The notes: generated by a model not told the origin, from the sequence alone. DNA of 64,000 nt from Anaeramoeba ignava BMAN (GCA_028826165.1 JAPDFW010000063.1:496001-560000); one strand, 5' to 3'. Positions 26,501 to 39,723 are shown, counted from the first letter of the stretch. Program-made: numbers and translations.

Positions 26501-29500
26501 TACCTTCATTTTTAAATGAAATGGATGCTAAACTAAATAAACCATTTTCTTGGATATTTTCATTATTTTCAAAGTTATTCATTGCTTTAATAATTGTTTC
26601 AATTCCTTTTAAATTCCTAATTTCATTTTGATTTTCTATTTTTATTTTGATTTTGATTTTGAATTTAATTTTGAATTTTGTTTTTTTGATTTTGATTTAA
26701 TTTTACTTTGAAATGAAATATTTGCTAAACTTAATAATCCATTTGATTGAATATTTTCATTATTTGGAAAATTATTCATTGCTTTAATAATAGTTTCAAT
26801 TCCTTTCAAATTCCTGATTTTATTTTGATTTTCTATTTTTTGATTTTAAAATTAATTTCAGAAAATTGATTTGGATTTGATTTGATTTTGATTATTTTGT
26901 AAAATCCTTATTTATTTTACCTTCATTTTTATTTGAAATATTTGCTAAACTAAATAATCCATTTGATTGAATATTTTCATTATTTGGAAATTTATTCATT
27001 GCTTTAATAATAATTTCAATTCCTTTTAAATTCCTGAATTCATTTTGATTTTGATTTTCTTTTTTTTTTATTTTTGATTTAATTTTGATTTGATTTTGTA
27101 AAATCCTTATTTATTTTACCTTCATTTTCAAAAGAAATATTTGATAAAACATTTAATCCATTTGATTGAATATTTTCATTATTTAGAAAGTTATTCATTG
27201 ATTTAATAATAGTTTCAATTCCTTTCAAATTCCTGAATTCATTTTGGTTTTCTTTTTTTGATTTTAAAATTAAATTCAGAAAATTGATTTAATTTTAATT
27301 TTGGTTTTAGTTTTGATTTTGATTTTATTTTATTTTACCTTCATTTTTATTTGAAATATTTGATAAACTTAATAATCCATTTTTTTGAATATTTTCATTC
27401 TTTCCAAATTTAATCATTGATTTAATAATAGTTTCAATTCCTTTCAAATTTTTGATTTCATTTTGATTTTCTATTTTTTTTTTTTGATTTAATTTTGATT
27501 TTGATTATTTTGTAAAATCCTTATTTATTTTACCTTCATTTTTATTTGAAATGTTTGCTAAACTTAATAATCCATTTGATTGAATATTTTCATTATTTGG
27601 GAAGTTATTAATTGCTTTAATAATAGCTCCAATTCCTTTCAAATTTCTGATTTCATTTTGGTTTTCTTTTTTATTTTGAAATTGATTTTCATTTAATTTA
27701 TAAAATTGATTTTGATTTTGATTTCATTTTTTTTTACCTTTATTTTCAAAAGAAATATTTGCTAAACTAAATAATCCATTTGATTGAATATTTTCATTAT
27801 TTGGAAAATTATTCATTGATTTAATAATAATTTCAATTCCTTTCAAACTTCTGATTTCATTTTGATTTTCTATTTTTTATTTTTGATTTAATTTATAAAA
27901 TTGGTTTGGTTTTGATTTTGATTTCATTTTTTTTACCTTTATTTTCAAATGAAATGCATGCTAAACTTAATATTCCATTTGATTGAATATTTTCATTATT
28001 TGGAAAGTTATTCATTGATTTAATAATAATTTCAATTCCTTTCAAATTTCTAATTTCATTTTGATTTTCTATTTTTTATTTTTGATTTAATTTAATTTTG
28101 ATTTGAATTTGAATTTGAATTTTTTTTACCTTTATTTTCAAATGAAATGTATGCTAAACTTGATAATCCATTTTCTTGAATATATTCGTCATTTGGAAAG
28201 TCATTAATTGCTTTAATAATAATTTCAATTCCTTTCAAATTTCTGATTTTATTTTGATTTTCTATTTTTATTTTTTGATTTAATTTAATTTAATTTTAAT
28301 TTAATTTATAAAATTGATTTTGTAAAATCCTTATTTATTTTACCTTTATTTCCAAATGAAATATCTGCTAAACTTAATAATCCATTTGATTGAATATTTT
28401 CATTATTTGGAAAATTATTCATTGCTTTAATAATAGCTTCAATTCCTTTCAAATTTCTGATTTTATTTTGAATTGCTTTTTTGAATGATTGATTTTATTT
28501 AAAATTAAGTTTAGAAAATTGGTTTGATTTCGATTTCATTTTTATTTTACCTTCATTTATATTTGAAATATCTGCTAAACTTAATAATCCATTTTCTTGA
28601 ATATTTTCATTGTTTGGAAAGTTATTCATTGATTTAATAATAATTTCAATTCCTTTCAAATTTTTGATTTCATTTTGATTTTCTTTTTTATTTTTTGATT
28701 TAATTTAATTTTGAATTTGATTTTGAATTTGATTTTGAATTTGATTTTGAATTTGATTTTTTACCTTCATTTTCAAATGAAATGTCTGCTAAACTTAATA
28801 ATCCATTTGATTGAATATTTTCATTATTTGGAAATTTATTCATTGATTTAATAATAGTTTCAATTCCTTTCAAATTTTTGATTTCATTTTGATTTTCTTT
28901 TTTTATTTTTTGATTTAATTTAATTTTGATTATTTTGTAAAATCTTTGATTTATTTTTATTTTACCTTCATTTTCAAATGAAATATTTGATAAAACATTT
29001 AATCCATTTTCTTGGATATTTTCCTTTATTGGGGATTTATTCATTGCTTTAATAATTGTTTCAATTCCTTTCAAATTTCTAATTTCATTTTGATTTTCTA
29101 TTTTTGATTTTATGATTTAATTTTGATTTTGATTATTTTGTAAAATCTTTGATTTATTTTTATTTTACCTTTATTTTCAAATGAAATATTTGATAAAACA
29201 TTTAATCCATTTTCTTGAATATTTTCATTATTTGGAAAGTTATTCATTGATTTAATAATAACTTCAATTCCTTTCAAATTTCTGAATTCATTTTGGTTTT
29301 CTATTTTATTTTTTGATTTAATTTTGATTTTGATTATTTTGTAAAATCTTTGATTTATTTTTATTTTACCTTTATTTTCAAATGAAATGTTTGCTAAACT
29401 TAATAATCCATTTTGATTGAATATTTTCGTTGTTTGGAAATTTATTCATTGCGTTAATAATAGTTTCAATTCCTTTCATGTTTTTGATTTCATTTTGATT

Positions 29501-32500
29501 TTCTTTTATTTTTTGATTTAATTTTGATTTTGATTTTGATTATTTTGTGAAATTTTTGATTTTGATTTTTACCTTCATTCTTAAATGAAATATTTGCTAA
29601 ACTAAATAATCCATTTGATTGAATATTTTCATTATTTTCAAATTTATTAATTGCTTTAATAATAGTTTCAATTCCTTTCAAATCTCTGATTTCATTTTGA
29701 TTTGCTTTTTTTTTATTTTTGGTTTAATTTTATTTTGATTTAATTAAATTATTTTGTAAAATCTTTGATTTATTTTTATTTTACCTTCATTCTTAAATGA
29801 AATATTTGCTAAACTTAATAATCCATTTTCTTGAATATTTTTCTTCTTTTCAAATTTATTAATTGATTTAATAATAGTTTCAATTCCTTTCAAATCTCTG
29901 ATTTCATTTTGATTTTCTATTTTTGATTTTATGATTTAATTTTGATTTTAATTTTGATTATTTTGTAAAATCTTTATTTATTTTACCTTCATTTTCAAAT
30001 GAAATATTTGCTAAACTTAATAATCCATTTTCTTGAATATTTTTCTTCTTTTCAAATTGATTCAATAATTTAATAATTGTTTCAATTCCTTTCAAACTTC
30101 TGATTTCATTTTGGTTTTCTATTTTTGATTTTGATTTTGATTTTGATTTAAATTTTGAATTTGATTTTGATTTTGATTTTGATTTTGATTTTGATTTTGA
30201 TTTTGATTTTGATTTTGATTTTGATTTTGATTTTGATTTTGATTTTGATTTTGATTTTGATTTTGATTTTGATTTTGATTTTGATTTTGATTTTGATTTT
30301 GATTTTGATTTTGATTTTGATTTTGATTTAGATTTTGATTTTGATTTTGATTTTGATTTTGATTTTGATTTTGATTTTGATTTTGATTTTGATTTTGATT
30401 TTGATTTTGATTTTGATTTTACCTTTATTTTTAAATGAAATGTATGCTAAACTTAATAATCCATTTGATTGAATATTTTCATTATTTGGAAAGTTATTCA
30501 TTGATTTAATAATAGTTTCAATTCCTTTCAAATTTTGATTTCATTTTGATTTTCTATTTTTGATTTTATTTTTTGATTTAAATTTGATTTGTTTATTTTG
30601 TAAAATCTTTGATTTATTTTTATTTTACCCTTATTTTCAAATGAAATATTTGCTAAACTTAATAATCCATTTTCTTGAATATTTTCATTATTTGGAAAGT
30701 TATTTAATAATTTAATAATAATTTCAATTCCTTTCAAATTTCTGATTTCATTTTGATTTTCTATTTTATTTTTTGATTTAATTTAATTTTGATTTTGATT
30801 ATTTTGTGAAATTTTCGATTTATTTTATTTTACCTTTATTTTTAAATGAAATATTTGCTAAACTTAATAATCCATTTTCTTGAATATTTTCATTCTTTCC
30901 AAATTTAATCATTGCGTTAATAATAATTTCAATTCCTTTCAAATTTCTGATTTCATTTTGATTTTCTATTTTTGATTTTATTTTTTGATTTAATTTAATT
31001 TAATTATTTTGTATAATATTTTTTTGATTTATTTTACCTTCATTTTCAAATGGAATATTTGCTAAAATCAATAATCCTTTTTCTTGAATATTTTGATTCT
31101 TTTTGACTTGATTCATTGCTTTAATAATAGTTTCAATTCCTCCTTTTTTTCTGATTTCAATTTGATTTTCTTTTTTTTATTTTTTTGATTGAATTTAGAT
31201 TTAAATTTTGTAAAATCCCTATTTTTTTGATTTATTTTTACCTTCATTTTTAAATGAAATATTTCTTAAACTTAATACTCCTTGTGATTGAATATTTCTA
31301 TTCTTTTTAAATTGATTCATTGCTTTAATAATAGTTTCAATTCCTCCTTTTTTTCTGATTTCAATTTGATTTTCTTTTTTTATTTTTTTGATTGAATTTA
31401 GATTAAATTTGATTTATTTTTGTAAAATACTTATTTTATTTTATTTTATTTTACCTTTATTTTCAAATGAAATATTTTCTAAAATATTTAATCCATTTTC
31501 TTGAATATTCACATTATTTTTATCAGTATTCAATGATTTAATAATAGTTTCAATTCCTCCTTGTTTTCTAATTTCATTTTGATTTTCTTCTTCTATTTTT
31601 ATTTTTATTTTTATTTTTATTTTTATTTTTATTTAGATTTGATTATTTTACCTTTATTTTCTAATAGAATATTTTTTAAAATTATGAAACTTCTTGATGG
31701 GATATTTCCATTGGTTGGAAAGTTATTAATTGCTTTAATAATAATTTCAATCCCTTTTTGTTTGCTAATTTCAATTTTATTTTCTATTTTTTCATTTAAA
31801 TTTAAATTTTAATTTTAATATTGATTTTGATTATTTTATAAAATTTTTGATTTCATTTTATATTACCTTTATTTTTAAATGAAATATTTGCTAAACTTAA
31901 TAATCCATTTGATTGAATATTTTCCTTATTTTCAAATTGATTCATTGATTTAATAATAGTTTCAATTCCTTTCAAATCTCTGATTTCATTTTGGTTTTCT
32001 ATTTAATTTTAATTTTAATTTAAATTTGATTTAATTAAATTTGATTATTTTGTGAAATTTTCGATTTGATTTTATTTTACCTTTATTTTTAAATGAAATA
32101 TTTGCTAAACTTAATAATCCATTTTCTTGAATATTTTCATTATTTGGAAAGTTATTAATTGATTTGATAATAGCTTCAATTCCTTTCATGTTTTTGATTT
32201 CATTTTGATTTTCTATTTTTGATTTTATTTTTTGATTTTAATTTGATTTGTTTATTTTGTGAAATTCTTATTTTATTTTACCTTTATTTTCAAAAGAAAT
32301 GTTTGCTAAACTTAATAATCCTTTTTCTTGAATATTTTCATTGTTTGGAAAGTTATTAATTGATTTGATAATAGCTTCAATTCCTTTCATGTTTTTGATT
32401 TCTTTTTGGTTTTCTATTTTTGATTTTATTTTTTGATTTAATTTAATTTAATTTGTGAAATTTTCATTTATTTTACCTTTATTTTTAAATGAAATGTTTG

Positions 32501-35500
32501 CTAAACTTAATAATCCTTTTTTTTGAATATTTTCATTATTTGGAAAGTTATTAATTGATTTGATAATAGCTCCAATTCCTTTCATGTTTTTGATTTCATT
32601 TTGATTTTCTATTTTTGATTTTATTTTTTGATTTTAATTTGAATTAATTTGTGAAATTTTCATTTATTTTACCTTTATTTTCAAATGAAATATTTGCTAA
32701 ACTTAATAATCCATTTGATTGAATATTTTCATTATTTGGAAAGTTATTAATTGCTTTAATAATAGCTCCAATTCCTTTCATGTTTTTGATTTCATTTTGA
32801 TTTTCTATTTTTGATTTTATTTTTCGATTTAATTTAATTTAATTTAATTTGATTGATTTTTGTTATTTTACCTTTATTTTTATTTGAGATTTTTGATAAA
32901 ATGTTTAATCCATTTTCTTGAATATTTCCATTGGTTGGAAAGTTATTCATTGCTTTAATAATAGTTTCAATTCCTTTCATGTTTTTGATTTCTTTTTATT
33001 TAATTTATTTAAAATAAAATTGATAAATTCATTTTTTTTTGTGGTTCAATTATAATAGTTATTTACCTTGATAAGTGATAGAAGAAAAAGATAAAATTTT
33101 CAAACAAGACTCTTGAATTTTTTCTTGATCATTAAATTTTGCCATAATTTTAATGATGACTTCAATTCCCTTTGTGTTCGCAATTGCTATATATATATAA
33201 ATTGTTTTTTATTCCAAATTTAAATGTGAAAAAAAAAAAGAAAAAAATTTTAAGAAAATTTAAATTACCATTATTGATCTCCACAACAAATGATAAAATT
33301 TGGATTCCATTTATTAAAATTTGTAAATTATTAAAAAATTGGTTCATTGCTTTGATAACTACTTCAATTCCTTCCAATGCTTTCATTTCAATTTTGGAAT
33401 CTTATAATTTCAGGAAATGAGTATTTTTTGGATTTTTTTCTATTCAAGTTTTTAATTTAATAAACAATTTGAATTTACCTTTGTTTTCTCCATTAAAATA
33501 TAATATCAAAAATCTACAACAATTCTCTTGAATTTTTTCCTTTTTTGTGAATTGATTCATGAGCATAATAATTTTGTCAATTAATGGTAAATTTTTCATT
33601 TCATTTTCATTTTCATTTTCTACAATTTTTTTTTGATTTGAATTGTTTGAATGAAATGGTAATTTAAATTGAGAATTACCTTTGTTTTGTTCGATAATAG
33701 ATAATAAATTTTCAAAATAATCTTCATGAATTTTTTTTTTATATTGGATTTTAAGAATTGCTTGCATAAATGTGATAATCATTGAGGAATCTTTTAAAAT
33801 ATTCTCGTTTTTTTCTTTATTAAAAATTAAAATTAATTTCTTTCTAAATTATGATTGATTGAATATTAATTATTTTTTGAATTTACTGTGATTAATAAAA
33901 TGAATATAAAGTATTTTGATTCCCTTTTGTTGAATGAATAAATCATCTGGAGAATTATTCATTATTGTATTGACTAGTTGATGTCCTTTGAATTTAAGAA
34001 TTTTCTTTTGATTTTCTATTTAATTTTAATTTTAATTTTAAGTGAATTTTTAAATAGATTTTTAAATAGATTTTTAAGTGAATTACCTTCATTGGAAGAA
34101 GAAATTGCTCTTAATGTAGAAATGCCTTGTTTTTGTAAACTTTTTTGATCTCCAAATTTTTTCATTGATTTAATAATTTTTTTAATTCCTTTCAATTTTC
34201 TAATTTCATTTTGATTTTCTTTTTTTTGATTTTAAAATTAATTTTGGATTGAAATTTAAAAATGAAAATATTTTCAACTTTGATTTTTTGATTTTTACCT
34301 TTATTTTTGAAAGAAATAATCTCTAAAGTTTGAAGGACAATTTCTTGGATTTCTTTGTTTAATGAAAAATTCATCATTGATTGTATAATTGTTTCGATTC
34401 CTCCTTGATTTTTGATTTCATTTTTATTTTCTTTTTTTTTTTTATTTGCATTTTTTGAGATTTAGTTTATTAAAATTTTTTTTTACAATAAAAATTACCT
34501 TCATTGTTTTGGCAAATAATTCCTAAAGTTGAAATTGCTTGTTTTTGAAGATTGGGATCATAAAATTTTTTGATTGATTCGATTATTTTTTGGATTCCTT
34601 CGAACTTATTAACTTCTTTTTGATTTTCTTTTTGAAATTTAAATATAAATTCAAATTAATTTCAAAAAGAAAAATTGATCTTAAAAATTTTTCAATTTTT
34701 ACCTTGATTTTCTAAACAAATATTAGATAAAGTTTTGAATACCATTTCTTGAATTTGTTTGTTTTTTGGAAAAGTGAGAAAGATATGAATAATTTTTTCA
34801 ATTCCTTCCAATTTTTTAATTTCGTTTTGATTTTCTATTTTTTTTTTCAAATTTGTTTTTTTTTTGTGAAAACAATAAGAAAAAAAAAATCATAATATGG
34901 TTTATATTGATTTTTACCAATATTATTCAAAGAAATGTACTGGAGAATTTGTAAAACATTTTCTTGAATAGATTTAGTTGTTGGGAAGTTATTCATTGCT
35001 TTGATAATAGTTTCAATTCCATTCATGTTTTTGATTTCTTTTTTTTTAAATGGAATAATTCTTAAAATATCACATCCATATTCTTGAATTTTTTGGTTAT
35101 CAGGGAATCTATTCATTGATTTGATAATTGCTTCAATTCCTTTTATGTTCCTAATTTCAATTTGATTTTCTAATTTTTTTTAAAAAAGAATTAAATTTTG
35201 GAATTTGAGATTTTAAATTGGAAATTTTACTTTGATTTTTTAAAGACATAACTTTTAAAATTTCACATCCATATTCTTGTATTTTTTGGTTATCAGGGAA
35301 TCTATTCATTGATTTGATAATTGTTTCAATTCCTTTTATGTTTCTAATTTCAATTTGATTTTCTAATTTTTTTTAAAAAAGAATTAAATTTTTGAATTTG
35401 AGATTTTAAATTGGGAATTGCACCTTTCTGTTTGTAAGAAATATTCTTTCTTAAAGAGTTACAACCATATTCTTGTATTTTTTCGTTATTTGGATAATTA

Positions 35501-36719
35501 TTCATTGATTTAATGATTATTTCAATTCCTTTTACATTGATTTGATTTAATTTAATTTAATTTAATTGAAAAGATAAAAAAATGAATGAATTATTTTATA
35601 CCTGATTTTTTAAAAGGAAAATTCATTAAAATTTCGAATCCATATTCTTGAATATTTTGATTATGTGAAAAATTATTCATTGATTTGATAATTGCTTTAA
35701 TTCCTTTATATTTTCCAAATTCTATTTTTGTGTTTCTAATTTATAATTTAATTTATAATTTAATTTATAATTTGATTTTTATTTTTATATTTCAAATACT
35801 TCTGATATTTAAAGGAATATTTGTTAAAGCAAAAAAAGCATTTTCTTGAATATAATTATCAATTGGGAAATTAAGGATTGCCTTAATAATTCGTGAAATC
35901 ACTTGAAATTTCCCAAATTTTGCTTGCTTTTCTAAATTCAAAGTTAAATCGAAAAAGAATTTCAATGTAAAATTTAAATTTATTTGAAAGAATTTGATTT
36001 TGATTAATTTTATTAACCAGGAAATTGAAGAATATCAATCAAAATTAGAAGAGCTGGTACTTGAATCTGTTTGCTTTTAGGGAAATTATTCATTGATCGA
36101 GTAATAATTTGGAATAAATTTAAATGATGGATCTGAGTTTCATTTTCTTTTTATTTGATAAGGAAAAAAAAATAAATTAAGATTTGGATTGTTTTATTCT
36201 TTTTTATTTTTTTATTACCATTTTTTTTCTTTAATAATTTATATAAAGTAAAGAATCCATTTTCTTGAATATTTTGGTTATTTGGAAAGTTTTTCATCCA
36301 TTGAATTGATTCTTCTATTGAAATAATTTCTCTTTGAATTTCTAAATTAAAAATAAGAAATAAGAATAAAAATAAGAATAAAAATAAAAATTCAAATTAC
36401 TTTCTTTTTCAATTTCTTTTTCAATTTCTTTTTCAATTTCTTTTTCTTGAAAATTTCGAAATTCTTGTAAAAAAAATTGAGCTTTTTGTTCTGATTTATA
36501 AATTTGAATTTGAATTTGTTTTTCTTTTAATTCTTTTTCAAGTTTTTGAATTTGTTTTTGTGCTTCAATGAATTGATTTAAAAAATTTTCATTTTCATTT
36601 TGATTTTCATTTTCATTTTCATTTTCATTTTCATTTTCATTTTCAATTTCAATTTCATTTTCATTTTCATTTTCCATTTCAATTTGATTTTCAATTTCAA
36701 TTTGATTTTCTTGATTCAT
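20552..36719 (-). CDS. Giant armadillo-repeat protein (aardvark/LRRK2-ARM-like), ~69 coding exons, roughly 3000 aa
   Basis: About 68 donor sites counted by eye (mostly G|GTAAAA). Typical exon 132 nt, e.g. 25812-25681 = ENQNKIRNLKGIETIIKAMNNFPNNENIQSNGLLSLANISFENE, phase 1-1. Coiled-coil first coding exon 36719-36401; terminal exons 20899-20768 and 20697-20552. Confidence 0.85.
30120..30420. repeat. (TTTTGA)n ~50-unit expansion inside an ARM-gene intron
   Basis: Visible microsatellite between the donor at 30422 and the next acceptor. Confidence 0.95.
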
Positions 36720-36734
36720 TTTAATTGGAATTTC

Positions 36735-36960
36735 CTATTAAAAAGAAAAAGAAAAAGAAAAAGGAAAAAAAGTGGATAATTTATTATTATTTTGTTTTTT
36801 CCATTAATAAAAATATTAAATTTAATTGAGAATAATAAAATTAATTATAAAATAATAATAGAATAATTTTTATTAATAAGAATAAATATTTTATTGAATT
36901 AATTTTACTTTTAAAAAAAAATAAAAAAAAATAAAAAATAAAAAATGAAAAAATGAAATT
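36735..36960 (-). promoter_or_regulatory. Putative initiator (TCATTTT x2, ~36941-36960) and 5'-UTR intron (36908-36735) of the ARM gene
   Basis: GTAAAA donor at 36908; TAG acceptor at 36735, 15 nt before the ATG. Confidence 0.55.
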
Positions 36961-37102
36961 GTTTTTTTTTTTGCTTTTTTTTATATAATTAAGAAAAAAA
37001 AACAAAAAAAAAAATAATCAAATAAAAATTTGCTTTTTTCTTTCTTTTCAAAAAGTGGAATGAAAAATTTTTTTAATCAAAATTAATTTTAGTTTTAGTT
37101 TT

Positions 37103-39651
37103 TTAACAACAAATAGTATCTTGTTTTTTTTTTGGAGTTAATATAATTTGTTCATTTTTTTCTTCATCAAATTTTAATTCATGATTTTCACATAAAAGTA
37201 AAATAGCTTTAGCTAAATTTAATTTTAATTTAAAAAATAAATTAAAAATTAAGATGAAGAAAATAAAACAAAACAAAACAAAATTTAATTACCTGCTTCA
37301 ATAAATGCTTCTTTAATATTTTCTCCTGTTTTTGCTGAAGTTTCAAAATAAGGACAATTTATTTCATCTGCTAAATTTTTTGCTTCTTCAAATTGAATTT
37401 TTCTTTCAGATATTAAATCATTTTTATTTCCAATTATTCCAATTTTTACAGGATGAATTGGTTCATTTTTTGGACTAATATTTGCATAAATTTCATGATG
37501 ATAATATTGGACTCTTTCAAAAGATTCCTTTTTATTAAATTAAATTAATTAAAAAAATGGAATAAAAATTAATAAAATAAAAAGTGGAATAAAAATTAAT
37601 TTAAAAAAAAATGGAATAAAAATTAATAAAATAAAAAATGGAATAATTAAATTAAATTAAAAAAGTGGAATAAAAAATAAATAAATAAAAAAATGGAATA
37701 AAAATTAAATTAATTAATTACTCTATTTGTTAAATCAAAAACAATAAACGCATAATCTGCACGTCGATAATACATTGGTGCAAGACTTGCAAATCTTTCT
37801 TGTCCAGCTGTATCCCAAAGTTGAAGTTGGATCTTCATAAAAGAATTTTTAAATTCATTTGTTAATTTTATTTATAATTTTATTTATAATTTTATTTATA
37901 ATTTTATTTGTTAATATTATTTATAAATTTATTTATAAATTTATTTATTAATTTATTTGTAATTTTATTTATAATTTTATTTATAATTTTATTTGTAAAT
38001 TTATTTATAATTTTATTTGTAAATTTATTTATAATTTTATTTGTAATTTTATTTATAATTTTATTTATAAATTTATTTATAAATTTATTTGTTAATTTTA
38101 TTTGTAATTTTATTTATAATTTTATTTATAATTTTATTTGTAATTTATTTATAATTTTATTTATAATTTAATTTATAATTTTATTTGTAATTTATTTATT
38201 ATTTTATTTATAATTTTATTTATAATTTTATTTATAATTTTATTTATATTTTATTTATAATTTTATTTATAATTTTATTTGTTAATTAATTTATAATTTT
38301 ATTTGTTAATTTATTTATAAATTTATTTATAATTTTATTTATAATTTTATTTATAATTTTATTTATAATTTATTTATTATTTATTTATAATTTTATTTTT
38401 TATTTTTTTTGTAAATTTATTATTTTATTTATAAATTTATTTGTAAATTTATTTATAATTTATTTATAAATTTTATTTATAATTTTATTTGTAATTTTAT
38501 TTATAATTTTATTTATAATTTTATTTATAATTTTATTTATTATTTTATTTATAATTTTATTTGTAATTTTATTTATTAATTTATTTATAATTTATTTATA
38601 AATTTATTTATAATTTTATTTATAATTTTATTTATAAATTTATTTGTAATTTATTTATTTATTAATTTTATTTATTAATTTATTTATAATTTTATTTATA
38701 ATTTTATTTATAATTCATTTATAAATTTATTTGTAAATTTATTTGTAAATTTATTTATAATTTATTTGTTAATTTATTTATAAATTTGTTTGTAAATTTA
38801 TTTATAATTTAATTTATAATTTAATTTATTGTTTTATTTATTAATTTATTTATAAATTTATTTGTAAATTAATTTATAATTTAATTTATAATTTTATTTA
38901 TTAATTTATTTATAATTTTATTTGTAAATTTATTTATAAATTTATTTATAATTTTATTTATAATTTAATTTATAATTTAATTTATATTTTTATTTATAAT
39001 TTTATTTGTAAATTTATTTATAATTTTATTTGTAAATTTATTTATAATTTTATTTATAATTTAATTTATAATTTTATTTATAATTTTATTTTGTAATTTT
39101 ATTTATAATTTTATTTATAATTTTAATTTTAATTTATTAAATTTTATTTATAATTTATTTGTTAATTAATTTATAATTTTATTTATAATTTAATTTATAA
39201 ATTTATTTGTAATTTTATTTATATTTTATTTATAATTTTATTTATAATTTTATTTATAATTTTATTTATAATTTAATTTATAATTTTATTTATAATTTTA
39301 TTTATAAAATTGTTTGTAAATTCATTTATAATTTTATTTATAATTTATTTTTAAATTTCTAAAATTCTAAAGCTTTAAAATGGATAAAAGTAATAAAATA
39401 CACAAGCAGAACCAAAATTCACATTCTTCATATTAAAACAACCTAAAAATAAAAATAATAAAGAAAAACGTAAATTAAGAAAAAAAATTAAGAAAAAAAA
39501 ATATAAAAAAATATAAACAACCAATCGTTGCTTCTCTAATTTCTGTAAATTTATTCCAAATAAATCTATCAATTATAGAGGTTTTTCCAACTGAAGTTGA
39601 ACCTAACATAATAACTTTAGAAGTTTTATTTTTAGAAAATTTTGGTTCCAT
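37103..39651 (-). CDS. Rab GTPase, Rab5/Rab22-like
   Basis: Exons 39651-39522, 39442-39402, 37832-37722, 37527-37293, ~37212-37103. G1 [42 protein letters not shown]-terminal CC. Confidence 0.92.
37860..39360. repeat. Degenerate ~11-12-bp (TTTATTTATAAT) minisatellite filling Rab intron 2
   Basis: Visible, ~1.5 kb. Confidence 0.9.
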
Positions 39652-39723
39652 TTAAAAAATAAAAATAAAAAATGAAAAAAATTTTTTCCGATTTTTTTTT
39701 TCATTTTTTTTTTCATTAATTAA

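Noticed and set aside
20552-36719. Reading the ARM region as many small genes or as non-coding satellite
   Set aside because: Units lack their own start/stop codons and initiators but have consistent phase-1 splice sites and conserved reading frames, with single start and terminal exons.
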